A DNA stretch of 64,000 nt, taken from positions 3,348,001 to 3,412,000 of the forward strand of contig CM038999.1 in the NCBI GenBank assembly GCA_017499595.2, in the 5' to 3' direction. The stretch comes from Psilocybe cubensis. Its lineage: Eukaryota. How positions within the stretch are numbered: position 1 is the first letter of the stretch; each line of letters opens with the position of its first letter. The notes below the pieces were generated by a model, which saw only the letters and a list, made by a program, of their open reading frames with translations, ran no database searches and was not told the origin of the DNA. The position numbers were made by a program, and so were the translations under genes. Positions 13,605 to 26,179 of the stretch are shown one piece after another.

Positions 13605-13852
13605 AGGTGCGAGGTCGAGGTCGAGGTCGAGGGACAGTCCAAGCTCTGGTATTCAACAGCGTAGAGGGGGAGGGCATGAGCAGTGCTTCTTGCTGAGGAG
13701 GGATGCATGACTTGAGGAGTGTTATGGTTGCTTATCGACGACGGGATGAACGACGGAAACGGAGAGCAAGACAACCAACGAGGAGGGAGTGGGCGGAGGG
13801 CATCATAAGCTACTCTGTGGGACGGTGAAGGGTGCCGGTGGTGGGGAATGAG
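13605..13852. repeat. ~250-bp purine-rich repeat, inverted copy at 30131-30381
   Basis: GAGGTCGAGGGACAGTCCAAGCTCTGG...GGTGCCGGTGGTGGGGAATGAG aligns with the reverse complement of 30131-30381. Confidence 0.85.
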
Positions 13853-14198
13853 ATGGTCACAATCGACAACAAACAGGATCTCAACATCTCACATGCCGCC
13901 GGTTGCAACTTGCCCACCAACTTCCAATTGTCGCTTTGTTGTGGTTGACAATTGCATCTTCACCCGGAAAGCATGCCTCTGACTTCATTTACATTAGACG
14001 AGAACCTTCCTTGACTCCAATGGGTATCCGCGTTTGGTTTATCGAATCCTAGTCGAAATTCCTTTTGGCCTCAGGCGTAGACCCGGGTTGGCCGATACTG
14101 GGTTCCGTTTGCTTATTGAAAGCAGACATGTAGTTTTCTTAATATGGACTTGATATTTAACCAGCACTTGGAATTCCTGCATTACCCCCTTGACGAAT

Positions 14199-16710
14199 AT
14201 GGCTATCCTGCAGATCATATCCGCTCTTACAGTTCTATGGATCTCCTTGGGTTTCCTCAGGCGGCGTCTCTATCCAACAGTACTAGAAAATGTTCCGGGG
14301 CCTCCTGGCGAGTCTTGGATTGCAGGTAAGCCCTAAAGCCGACATTTCTCTTTGTTACATTGTCATGTTTTTTTTTTTTTTTTTGAATATGTTCAGGCTC
14401 TTTGAATTATGTGCGGAACCACAAATGATGGGATTATCACCAAAATCTTGCTGATACATGTAAGCGCTCGCATCTTCGCTAAACATCTTTTAATTATCAT
14501 TATCAAGTTGGGAAGGTTGTTCGTCTGAAAGGAGCATAGAAGTCGGATAGGCTCCTCGTATTCGATCAGAAGGCCATGTACCATGTTTTGGTCAAGGTGT
14601 GTAGGATTTTTCTAGCCCGCAGTATTTCATGTAATGATACAACGGACGTCAAGGACTATAACATCTATGAAGAAACAGACTCTTTTATCGAGTAAGAGCT
14701 GTCACTGCTTGGATTGACATCTTATATCTCATCTTGACTTGAAGGGGAAATAAAATTATGTTTGGACATGGCATATTCACTTCGCTAGGTTCGTACGCCG
14801 CAATCTTGACGAATCATGGCTCATATTAACTCATTGTAGGGGACGAACATAGGCGCCATAGGAGGATGTTGAACCCTGTCTTCTCAAGTGCTCATATGCG
14901 ACAAATGGGTGCGCATACTTTTACCTTGCGTGATGCTTCCGTTAGGTATTTATTAATATACAATTCCAATATTTTACGAGGTTGCACACAAGGTAAACAC
15001 CTCTCCTATACCAAACCCTCGCCATTTCCTAATCAATTCTTTTCTTAGGTAAAAGACGTGTTCCTCAACAAGGTTCAGAATGGGCCACAAGAGGTAGATA
15101 CTTCTGTACTCTACTTCGTCCACAGTGTGCTCAAGTGTTTACAGGTGGACGTTGTCAATTGGATGACACGCCTGGCGTTGGAACTCATTGGGCAAAGCGG
15201 TCTCGGTTACTCGTTCGACGAATTAACCGAAACCAGCCCTCAACATAAATATGGTTTGATGTCGAAGAAACTTGTGTGAGTTATTTTTCAGATGCATGTC
15301 GCCTCATAGACACTCAAAATCTGGTTGCGCTTAGTACCATGCAAGGGGACGAATTTGTCCGAGACTGGGTTATGCCGAGGCTCACTAGAATTGGCACACC
15401 TGCGTTCCGTAAATTTCTGGTCGATTTGATGCCGTTTGAGGCAATTGCTGGCATGAAAGAGATCGTGAATGTCTTGCACGATACCTCCGTGCTGATCTTT
15501 GAAACGAAGAAAAAGGCATTAGCTGAGGGAGATGAAGCCGTGCAAAACCAGGTCGGCAGAGGGAAGGATATCATCAGCATCTTGAGTGGGTATTCTAGAT
15601 TACTTTTACTATATTCGTTAATCCTCTTTCCATGAAACGAAACGTCCTGGCGTCAGATGAAGACAAGCTCTCTGACGAGGAGGTTTTGGCACAAATCACG
15701 TATGGGTTTTAGCCTGCACTATATTGCATAGCCTCTGACAATCGGCTTGTAGCTCGTTGACGTTCGCTGCAACTGATACTACCTCCGGGGCTCTGTCCCG
15801 TATTCTTCACCAGTTGGCTATCCACAAAGACGCCCAAGACAGGGTCAGAGAAGAAATCAAAGAAGCGAGACGGGAGAATGGTGGACAAGACATTGGCTAT
15901 GACGAATTGGCTACACTACCCTACCTTGACGCGGTATGCAGAGAGACTCTCCGGCTGTACGTATGCACTGGCACTACCTGGTGAGATAGAAAAAACATTG
16001 ATTTGCCTCTACCTACAGTTATCCCCCGATTTCATGGGTTCCAAGAGAGTAAGTATCGTTCTCTAACAAGGTCGCGTTGTTGCTTATACACTCTCAGGGC
16101 CAATGAAGATGTTATACTTCCTCTATCCAAGCCGATCAGAGGTTTGAATGGCGAAGAAATTCGGGAAATACCTGTTCCCAAGGGGACCAATGTCAGCGTC
16201 TCACTTCTAGCAGCTAACAGAGACCCAGATCTGTGGGGACCTGACGCACTTGAATGGAAACCTGAGAGGTGGTTGAACCCTCTTCCTGAAGCTTTGGTCG
16301 AAGCCCATGTACCCGGAATATACTCACATTTGTAAGTCAAGTATGCGAGATATGATATGCAGCGTTAATCCTGTGACGCTTTCTTCTGCAGGATGACATT
16401 CCTGGGAGGCGGTCGGTCCTGTCTGTGAGTATCCTTCTTTGCAATATTCCTCAAGCACACTGATATCTTCCCCAGTGGATTCAAATTTTCCCAACTGGAG
16501 ATGAGTACGTAGTTTGGTCCCAACACTATCTATACTCTTGATAATCTGACGAATTCTTCAGAGGTTGTCCTCACTTTGTTGCTGGAAAATCTTGAATTTT
16601 CGCTCAGCAAACAACCGATTATCTGGCAAATGTTTGCCATATCCACACCCAACGTCGATCCCGACAGTGTGATACCCACCATGCCGATGATCATCAGCAT
16701 GGCTAAGTAG
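14199..16710 (+). pseudogene. Cytochrome P450 (CYP5150-like) pseudogene
   Basis: I-helix FAATDTTS, ETLR, KPERW and heme loop FLGGGRSCxG are present. In-frame stops TGA 14426 and TAG 14537, and two splice acceptors lacking AG (~14963, ~15632), relative to the intact neighbour. Confidence 0.8.
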
Positions 16711-17289
16711 CCGACTCCAAAGATCTTGCGCCCACTTCTCTTGCCATGCTCGAAACGCCTCGTTTGTCCCTACAGTCTAATTTTTCCTTTACATGTATAT
16801 AGATATAATTGTATGACCTTTTATCAAATCATGCTGCGGAAACGAAAGGCCTTCTCGATGAATGTTTCGGTATGGTACCCGCGACTGTATTATTTCGCTC
16901 ATCATGGTAGACTAATATTGTCACTTGGGTGATGCAGTGCACGTCGATAAGGGGTTTGATTGGTCAATCAATGCCATCATGACCCACAGCCAAGACCGGA
17001 TAGAGCGCTTCCTTCCAGCCGTACCACATCTCCCCACTTGAGCTCCGCGCCTCGTCTGAAGTTTTCGTTCGATTACTCTCTGGAGGCATGTATCCTCTTA
17101 AATTCGATAAATGATACGGCCTCGGACCATGAGAGGTATGATCAAACTCCCCGATGTTCTCAAAATTCCTAGAAAATATAGAGTACGCTTGGGATGACGA
17201 GCCAATGCGCGCTTGTGGATACCGCCGTGCCCGAAATAGAGCGCAATTTAAAAAGAGCCTTGGGATTGGAGATGAAATTATCCGACGTG

Positions 17290-19920
17290 ATGCCTCCCCT
17301 TCCGACTATCATCACCTCTCTCGCCATTTTGTGGCTCTCATTTCGCCTTATCCGTCGTCGTCTGTTTCCAACTGCCCTCGAGAGAATTCGTGGTCCACCT
17401 GGAGAGTCGTGGATCACAGGTATGTTGTCCATGTGTTTCTGCAAATTGTCGACTTGAATTCTTTCCTGAAACGCTATATATAGGATCTCTCAGCCAATTG
17501 CAGCATCATAAAGCCTGGAATTTTCACCAGCATATTGTCGATACATGTTCGTGCATTTCGATTCTTGCTAGTAGTAGCACTGATTAACCATTTGCACGAA
17601 GATGGGAGCGTCGTGAGGACTAAGGGTGCATTCGGGGTAAAGTTGTTGTGGTAAACCGATGGTCATTAACTGAAAGAGACGTTTGTTACTCACAGGCGGA
17701 TAATCTCTATCTTTTCGACCCGAAAGCCATGCACCATATTCTTGTCAAGGTATGCATCAGGCCACAAGCGCTTTGTGACCCTTATATTCTCACTGAGAAT
17801 TATATCACATCAAGGATCAGCACATTTACGAAGAAACTGACTCTTTCATCGAGTGAGTATAGAATATGCTGTTTTGCGCTCAGTATATTTATGTCCACTC
17901 TGTAGAGGAAATAAAATCATGTTTGGTTCTGGAATTTTCACGTCGTTGGGTGAGTTTTCAAACCTGTAACGGATTGGACAGGCGGACAACTCGGTTCTGA
18001 TTACAATAGGAGACGAACATCGGAGACATCGAAAAATGCTCAATCCCGTCTTCTCTAGCGCTCACATGCGCCATATGGGTATGGTGATCCTTTCTCTCTC
18101 ACAGTACTCTTTGCCATTAAATCGCTGTTCTCAATAACAGTCCCCATATTCTATGATGTTACACGGAAGGTACAGTTGACAGGCGGTATATCCATCTCAC
18201 TACGGACTTACATCTACTCAATGCAGGTGAAAAATCTCCTAGTCGCCAAGACTCAGACAGGACCGCAAGAGGTGGGTTTTAAATAACAAATGAATTGGCT
18301 AGACTCCAATGATTGTCCGCTGGCAGATTGACGTCGTAAGTTGGATGACACGTCTTGCGATGGAGATTATAGGTCAAAGTGGGCTTGGCTACACATTCGA
18401 CGACCTAACCGAAAATGGTGTCCAACACGAGTACGTCGTTGTCTCTAAACGGTTGGTGTAAGTATTGGTCCCCCGCAATCCGTGTTGTACCCTATTTAAA
18501 AATTTCTAATGCTCTGATTCCAGCACAATGCAAGGAAACGAGTTCATACGCGATTTTGTAATGCCCAAAATAGCCAGAATTGGGACTCGTTCGTTCCGAA
18601 AGTTCGTTGTCGACATCATGCCATTTGCAGCCGTCAAAGAGATGAAAAATATTATTGATGTGCTGTACCGAACTTCTGTGGAAATCTTTGAATCAAAGAA
18701 AGAGGCCATTGCGAAGGGAGACGAAGCACTTGCAGCCCAGGTGGGAAAGGGAAAAGACATCATTAGCATTCTGAGTAAGATGGTCAACTTAAAAAAGAAA
18801 ATCATGTTTTAACTGGACGTTTTGTAGTGAAAGCAAATATGCTGGCCGACGAAGGGGAGAAGCTTTCGGACGCCGAGGTCATCGCTCAGATAACGTCCTT
18901 CTTCTCTTCTATTGACAAGAGGCAATTTGAAACTCATTTTCTCTTCCAGGTCTTTGACATTTGCGGCCACTGATACAACCTCAGGTGCCCTGTCTCGAAT
19001 CTTACACCAGCTTGCCATGCACCCGGATGTTCAGGCTAAACTGCGTCAGGAATTGAACGACGCGAGAAAGGCCAACGGAGCTGAAGACCTTGATTACGAT
19101 CAACTTGTGTCCCTGCCATTCTTGGATGCAGTATGCAGAGAAACGCTTCGCCTGTGAGTTTATCACCTTTTCTCAGTCCTACGCCAGAGTGCTGATCTGA
19201 CCATTTACTCCTAGATATCCCCCAGTATCTATGGTTCAAAGAGTGTACGAAATTATTCCCCATGATAGCTCCAACAGCAACTAATCCTCAGCTTAGCACC
19301 CGTCAGGACGCCGTATTGCCCCTGCTTAATCCTATCAAAGATTGTAATAACAACGAAATCCGAGAAATCCCCCTACCAAAAGGTACCACCGTACTTGTAT
19401 CAATTCTCGCATCAAACAGAGATCCAAATATTTGGGGGCCGGACGCTCACGAGTGGAAACCCGAGAGATGGCTTAACCCACTTCCCGAAAATTTGATTGC
19501 TGCCCATGTCCCTGGTATATATTCGCACTTGTAAGTGGAAAGAACAAGCTGGTTGAAAATAGTAACCACAATATATTGCAACAGAATGACTTTCCTCGGC
19601 GGAGGAAGATCCTGCATGTAAGAGAATTTGCAGCGTCTAATACCATGTTAATTTATTGCTCACATATCTATTTTTCTTAGCGGATTCAAGTTTTCTCAAT
19701 TGGAAATGAGTAAGTGGATTGACTACATGTATACAACGGAGTTCTATAACACCTATTTGTAGAGGCCGTCATCTCTTTACTCTTACAAAACCTGGAGTTC
19801 TCTCTTGGGCGGAAAAAGATTATTTGGCAGATGTTTGGAATTGCTCAGCCCAACATTGATCCGGATAGCGTGAATCCAACTATGCCCATGATGATATCAA
19901 GTGTTCAATGTGAGGCATAA
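17290..19920 (+). CDS. Cytochrome P450, CYP5150-like (multi-exon)
   Basis: N-terminal anchor plus RGPPGESW; motifs FAATDTTSGALSR, CRETLR, WKPERW and MTFLGGGRSCIGFKFSQLEM; stop TAA at 19918-19920. Family assigned from motif recall only. Confidence 0.88.
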
Positions 19921-20905
19921 TTCATTAGTGAGAAAAGAATCACCCTTACAGATACTATTATTTACAGAATCAGTAGATATACATAGCTTAACTCGCTAAG
20001 TAAATTTGCTCTGTAACTATAACTCGCGTTCGGATTCCGGAATGACCCCTATGCAACTCAAGTCGCGTCAGTCGCGTCGCTCCTGTGATCGAGATTCTAG
20101 GGTCATGTGATCAGAAGTTACTGTCGGCCACCAGCTCGAAGGGTTGTCAATGCTCTCTGAACTGCACTCCAAGCATCGTACCTGATCTTAACCCGCGCGA
20201 ATCTGACCTTCTAGTTTATCCTGCAACTCCGACATATCCCACCAATGCTCCATCCTGCAGAATGACAGTCGCTTTATAACTCTCCTTTCTTTTCGGCGTT
20301 ATACGTCATGTCAGGCTATTCATTTATGCAAATTTTTGGCCAGGTCATGGAATCACAACCGTCGGAGCTGCAAGATGACGACGACAAATCTTGTCCCAGT
20401 GCTGAGTTGACAACAAACTATCCCGCTCGCATCTTTCGAGACTTGGAAGGACTGGGGATAGCGGGGTTCTTCCAGAATTTACTCTCAAAGTAGTTGGTGT
20501 TGGATGAAAGCAAAGTTTTGACCTCATCCCGGTAAGTACGCCTCGCACGCTACCCATTTTCTTTGAGGCCAAGCAACAACAAAATGTTTAGTCGGTCGCT
20601 CGAACGTTACGCCATGCAAGCGCTCTGTTGTTATACCCCCGTTCATCATGTCATTTCACAGGGTACCATATCCAACACTCTCCGTGCCATACTTCGACAA
20701 TTGTGCCATCAAATATGGTTGATAAACCCCTTCCGAATGACTAATGATACACCTCGGTTATACATTCTGTCGTTGGTTCCATGAACTTATGAGTCACTCC
20801 AACTATAAGTGGCTTATTAATATGTATGCCAGGCGACGTCTTCACAGCTGCTTATCGCTGTATAAATAAGGGAAGGAATGAGTCCCGTTCAAGTTGTGTT
20901 AAAGC

Positions 20906-22836
20906 ATGAAATACTTTCCGATATTTTCGACGACATTGTTGATTATATCTTCTAGCTTGCCTCTGGCCGCTACTGCAAGGGTAGATGGCTTGACAGTCCA
21001 AACGGTACAGGGACCTGTATCTGGCACATTGGTCTCCCAAAATGTTCGCCAATTTCTCGGGGTACCCTATGCAGTGGCTCAGCGTTGGGAGGCGCCTGCC
21101 AACCCACCGAATCGAACATCTGTCTTCAAAGCCAGCAATTTCAGTGCTACATGTCCGCAGAATCTCACTCCGATTTTTAAAGAAGCCCTGGTACTTGCGG
21201 GAGGACAAGGAATAGATATTCCAGAGTCAGAGGACTGCCTGACAGTCAATATTTGGGCACCGAGCATAAAGCGACAGCAACAAACGGCGGTTCTCGTCTG
21301 GATTTATGGTGGAGGTTTCCAATTTGGCTCGGTAAAGGTGTTTTTGTACTACAGTGGTTAATGTCGCTAACCTATACATATTTCATGTAGAGCAATCTAC
21401 CTCAGTACAGTGGTGAGAACTTCGTAAACGATCACGACGACATCACGGTCGTGACATTCAACTATCGTTTGAACATATTCGGCCAACCAAACTCACCCCA
21501 GCTTGCAAACACAACGTCTTCTCAGAACTTTGGTCTACTTGATATCAATGCAGCTATTCATTGGGTCCACGCGAACATTGGTGCATTCGGGGGCGACCCA
21601 GATCGTATCACCATATTTGGGCAAAGTGCTGGAGGTCTCGCAGTCGATGCTTATACGTATGCGCACCCGAACGATACAGTGGTGAAAGGTTGGCTCTGTT
21701 TCTTCTATCCATTTAGAAACGGTTAAATAACACTTCAAGAAATGTAGGTGCCATCGAACAGTCTGGAAAGTAAGTTACACACCACTCAAACGCGAATGAT
21801 AAATTTTGATTTTTCATCATAGTCTTGGATTTGCGACAAGTGGTTTCATTGCCAGTTCAACCATAGACGGGACATGGAACACTTTGGCGTCGAGCGTTGG
21901 GTGTGGAAATGGTAAGTTGAAGGAATATGACCCGTTCCGACCACTAATTGTTCCTCGCAGTTTCTGATTCCGCTCAATTGGCTTGCATGAAAGCCGTACC
22001 CTTCCGCACATTGAGGGATGTAGTCAGCGAATCGGGATTAACATTCAATCTCCTCTTTGATAGTATGTCCTCATTTCTACGCTATTAGACTACAGCTTAT
22101 CGAAGTATCTAGATATCACTATATTCTCCGATATCCAGGAGCGCGCAAAAGCAGGAAACTTTTTGCAAGTACCGCTTTTGGGTGGTAGCACCCTTAACGA
22201 AGCAAACGTTCTCACAGTGGCTGCTGACGTGGCAGGGCTGTCTCCACCCACTTCCCCCTTCGTTTCCGAGGTAGTTTCTGATGTACAGACTCAGGTAAGC
22301 ACCTCCACTTTTTGGCTAGCAAAAATATTTACACATCACCTTAGGTGAATTGGACGTGCCCGGCAGGCTCTGCAGCCCAAGATCGTGTGAATGCGGGTGT
22401 ACCTACATGGCGCTACCAGTATCAGGGTAAGGATACAATATGTCTCGTTCAAGCTTCCGTTTAGTTTATTGGATTTTCTTTAGCTGTCTTCTCCAATATC
22501 TCACCACGTCCAGACCTTGGATCCTATCATCTCTCCGAAATCCCTATAGTATTTGGCACATATAAAACGGTGAACCCTTCCATCCCGGTGACGCCCAACG
22601 AAAGAGCCCTATCCAAGTATATTCAAGGCGCTTGGGTTGCTTTTGCGAAAAATCCCAGACGGGGATTAATTGACTACGGGTGGCCCTTGTACAACGCTAC
22701 GACAAACAGCACAGTGGTTCTTGGAAATTTCATGAATTCGACAGGGACAGTATTCACCAAAGGAGCAACTCTCGATTCGACATGTGGAAGTGTTACACAG
22801 CTCCTCGACTTTGCGGCCTTTGTCACACAAGTCTAA
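20906..22836 (+). CDS. Secreted type-B carboxylesterase, copy 2
   Basis: Signal peptide; motifs SEDCL, YGGGF, GQSAG, GSTLNEA and SYHLSEI (Ser/Glu/His triad candidates). Confidence 0.92.
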
Positions 22837-24090
22837 GGATGCATACTTTTGCACTCTGGGATTTCCGTCGATTTCCTTCCTATGATATCGCATTTATATA
22901 TAATATCTTCGAATGTTTTTCGTATTGCTATGTAAACACTTCAATAGTTTATCTGAATAAACTTCTGTGAGCTTACGTTGAAAGCACTGGCAAATGGTCG
23001 GAAAATTTCCATTTACACCAGTTTACTTGCGAGGCTGGCAGCGTATTATACGCAGATGTGCCATAGCTTCAGAAACCGATAGAACTATTCTGTTCTTTGC
23101 GCGCTATTGATGTTTTCGTCTGTACACAGAAACGTGTATTCTCTTGATATCAGCAGGAACGCAATGCTCAAGACCTTGATTCACCTATCAAGACACGTAT
23201 TTCCGTTTCTCAGGTTCATCAACTCGAGTGTACATCCTCTCATTTTAGTTGAAAACGCTTTGAAGTACCATACCCAGACGGTGGGTTATATCCTGTAATA
23301 CCCCTTTTTTATGTGATAGTTTGATCAAAGACCATGTGAAGCCCCTAATTTCATTAATTTTCAATCACGCGATCGCGATTTAACGTTGAAAATTCGGCGG
23401 GAACCGCTTCCTTTCCCTCCGCTCACACTTTGCTGCTTCAGTAATTCATACCGGCATATTTCAAGGATCTGACACTCTTGACAGAACGTTCATCCTGAAG
23501 TACGCTATGGTGCACTAACGAGATTCGCTTGGGAAACTTCTCATTCAATTTCTATTCAAAGTTCACAGACGGAGGACGAGCCGCGCCATCGGAAGCGGTC
23601 CCGACCATTGCACTGGATGACAAGACCCTCTCAGTTTGTCAACAACGCATTACTGGCACAAAATTGTTTTCCAGTGGCCTGTTTATTAATTCACATCGAG
23701 GGCGGATTCGCGCTCCACCCTGACTTGGGCTGGACACCAAGGGCTCACAGGGATGTGGACGGCAGGTTGTTCTCCTTGACTGTGCAAATTGACCTCTGAA
23801 GGTACCACCATAATCACCCGGACAAAAATCTATTCAAACAGTGGGGGATATGTTGATATCTTCTGTGCATCTGCCTGCTAAAAATCAAAGTATTACACAG
23901 GAGGCGACATCTCATCCAGGGATTGTCCAACAATTGCGGACTAAATATAGCATCGTATGCAACCTCGGCTGCATGAAATTGTGAGTCACCCCAACCACCA
24001 CCGAGTGTGCTTTGTAAAAGATATTCACCGACATTTGAAAAGGTATAAAAGCGGGCCCAAAATGGCGTCTACAAAATCATCTGTTTCCGT

Positions 24091-26017
24091 ATGATCCTCT
24101 CGACCTTATTCTTGGTTATATCTTGCAGCTTCTGTGTGGCCATTGGGTTGAAGTCGGACGGCCTGATCATCCACACAGCACAGGGACCGGTATCAGGCAC
24201 ACTGGCTACCCCAAATGTTCGCCAGTTCCTTGGAATTCCTTACGCAGTGGCTGAACGCTGGGAGGCGCCCACCAACCCACCTAATCATACATCTATTTTC
24301 AAGGCCAGCAATTACAGTGATACATGTCCTCAGAATCTTTCCCCACTCAATAAGGGCGTGTTATTGGTTGCGGGAGGGCAAGGCATCAATGTATCAGAAT
24401 CAGAGGACTGCCTCACGGCCAACATATGGGCACCAAGCATAGGGAGACAACAAAAAACGGCAGTCCTCATCTGGATATATGGTGGAGGAATTCAATTTGG
24501 CTCGGTAATAAAATTTTCTTTTCTTTTGGATGACCGCTGACTGGTGCTAATTAATGTACACCCGTCTATGTAGAGCAATTTACCGCAGTATAATGGGGAA
24601 CACTTCGTAAATGATCACGATGACATTACTGTGGTGACATTTAACTATCGTTTGAACGTATTCGGCCAACCGAACTCGCCACAGCTTGCGAACAGGATGT
24701 TAACGCAGAACTTCGGCCTACTTGATATCGATGCAGCTATTCATTGGGTGCATGCAAACATTGGTGCGTTTGGAGGCGACCCAGAGCGTATCACTATCTT
24801 TGGGCAGAGTGCCGGAGCTCTTGCCGTTGAAGCTTATACATACGCGCACCCTAATGACACCATCGTGAAAGGTTAGTCATCGCTTATTTTATGCCACAGA
24901 CATGGGTAATTCACATTTCAATGAGCTTAGGCGCTATCGAACAATCTGGAAAGTGAGTCAACCTTCACATAAATGAATTCTTTTAAATCTTTCTTTTAGT
25001 CTTGGATTCGCAACAAGTGGTTTACTCAGCAGTCCAACCATTGACGGAACATGGAATACTTTAGCCTCAAAGGTTGGGTGTGGAGCAGGTAAGATGTCGA
25101 ATGACCGGATACCAATTATCATGACGAATTATTTGCAGTTCCAGATGCCGCTCAGCTGGCTTGTATGAGAGCTGTACCTTTCCGTACATTGGAAGATACA
25201 GTCATCCGATCAGGATTGATGTTCAATCTCCTCTTCGATAGTACGTGTATGTCACTATACTATCCAAGTATGATGGAACTCATTAAAATTTCTAGACATT
25301 ACCCTTTTCTCGGACATCCCAGAACGCGCCAAAGCTGGAAAGTTTTTGAAAGTGCCGTTGTTGGGCGGCAGCACCGCTAACGAGGGGGATATTCTCACCG
25401 TGGCTGCTGAAGTGGCTGGGCTGTCTCCGCCTGCCTCTCCCTTTGTTTCTGAGATACTCTCAGATGTACTAACCCAGGTAACCTGCTTCCCTATTACTAC
25501 CTTTTGCCTGCTTCCAACTTATACAATCTACAGGTCAATTTTACGTGCCCTGCAGGTTCTGCCGCTCAAGATCGTGTCAATGCAGGCGTTCGAACCTGGC
25601 GCTACCAATACCAAGGTAAGGTTTCTCTAACTTAAAAGCACTTATCTCACATTTCATGCTGCAGCTGTATTTCCCAACATATCTCCACGCCCCGATATCA
25701 GGTCTTACCATCTCTCCGAAATCCCATTAATTTTCGGGACGTACAAAACGATCAATCCCTCCATTCCCATTACGACCAACGAAATCTCTCTTTCTAAGTA
25801 TATGCAAGGTGCTTGGGTTGCCTTTGCAAGGAATCCAGACCGGGGGCTGGTCGATTATGGATGGCCTCTGTACGATGCTGCGACGAACAGCACGGTTGTT
25901 CTGGGAAATTTCTTAAATCCAACGGGGATCGTGTTTACCAAAGGAACAATTTTGGATTCGACTTGTGGGAACGCGACACAACTCTTCGACTTTGCAGCAC
26001 AGATTTCCAAAGCCTAG
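24091..26017 (+). CDS. Secreted type-B carboxylesterase, copy 3
   Basis: Signal peptide; motifs SEDCL, GQSAG, GSTANEG and SYHLSEI. Closest to copy 1, including the 3' flank. Confidence 0.92.
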
Positions 26018-26179
26018 TGATGTATAATACAAGGCTCAAATTACCGTGTCCATCCTCGAAGTCGGATTGTTACTATTGAATACATTCAAATGGTTCTATC
26101 TAGCATTGGTGTTACAGGCTGAGTAAATATTCCAACAAACTATTACACAGATATATTCCTTCACTCTCATTCGAAGAAT

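Noticed and set aside
13611-13632. GAGGTC x3 and the 21-bp repeat at 45172 as CRISPR-like arrays
   Set aside because: These are simple tandem repeats without spacers, in a eukaryotic context.
10158-19920. Psilocybin-like cluster (kinase next to P450)
   Set aside because: The kinases have FunK1 protein-kinase motifs, not a PsiK-type small-molecule kinase. No decarboxylase, methyltransferase or MFS transporter is present.
20085-20784. Possible small gene between the P450 and esterase 2
   Set aside because: The short ORFs have stops and no recognisable homology, so no model can be supported.
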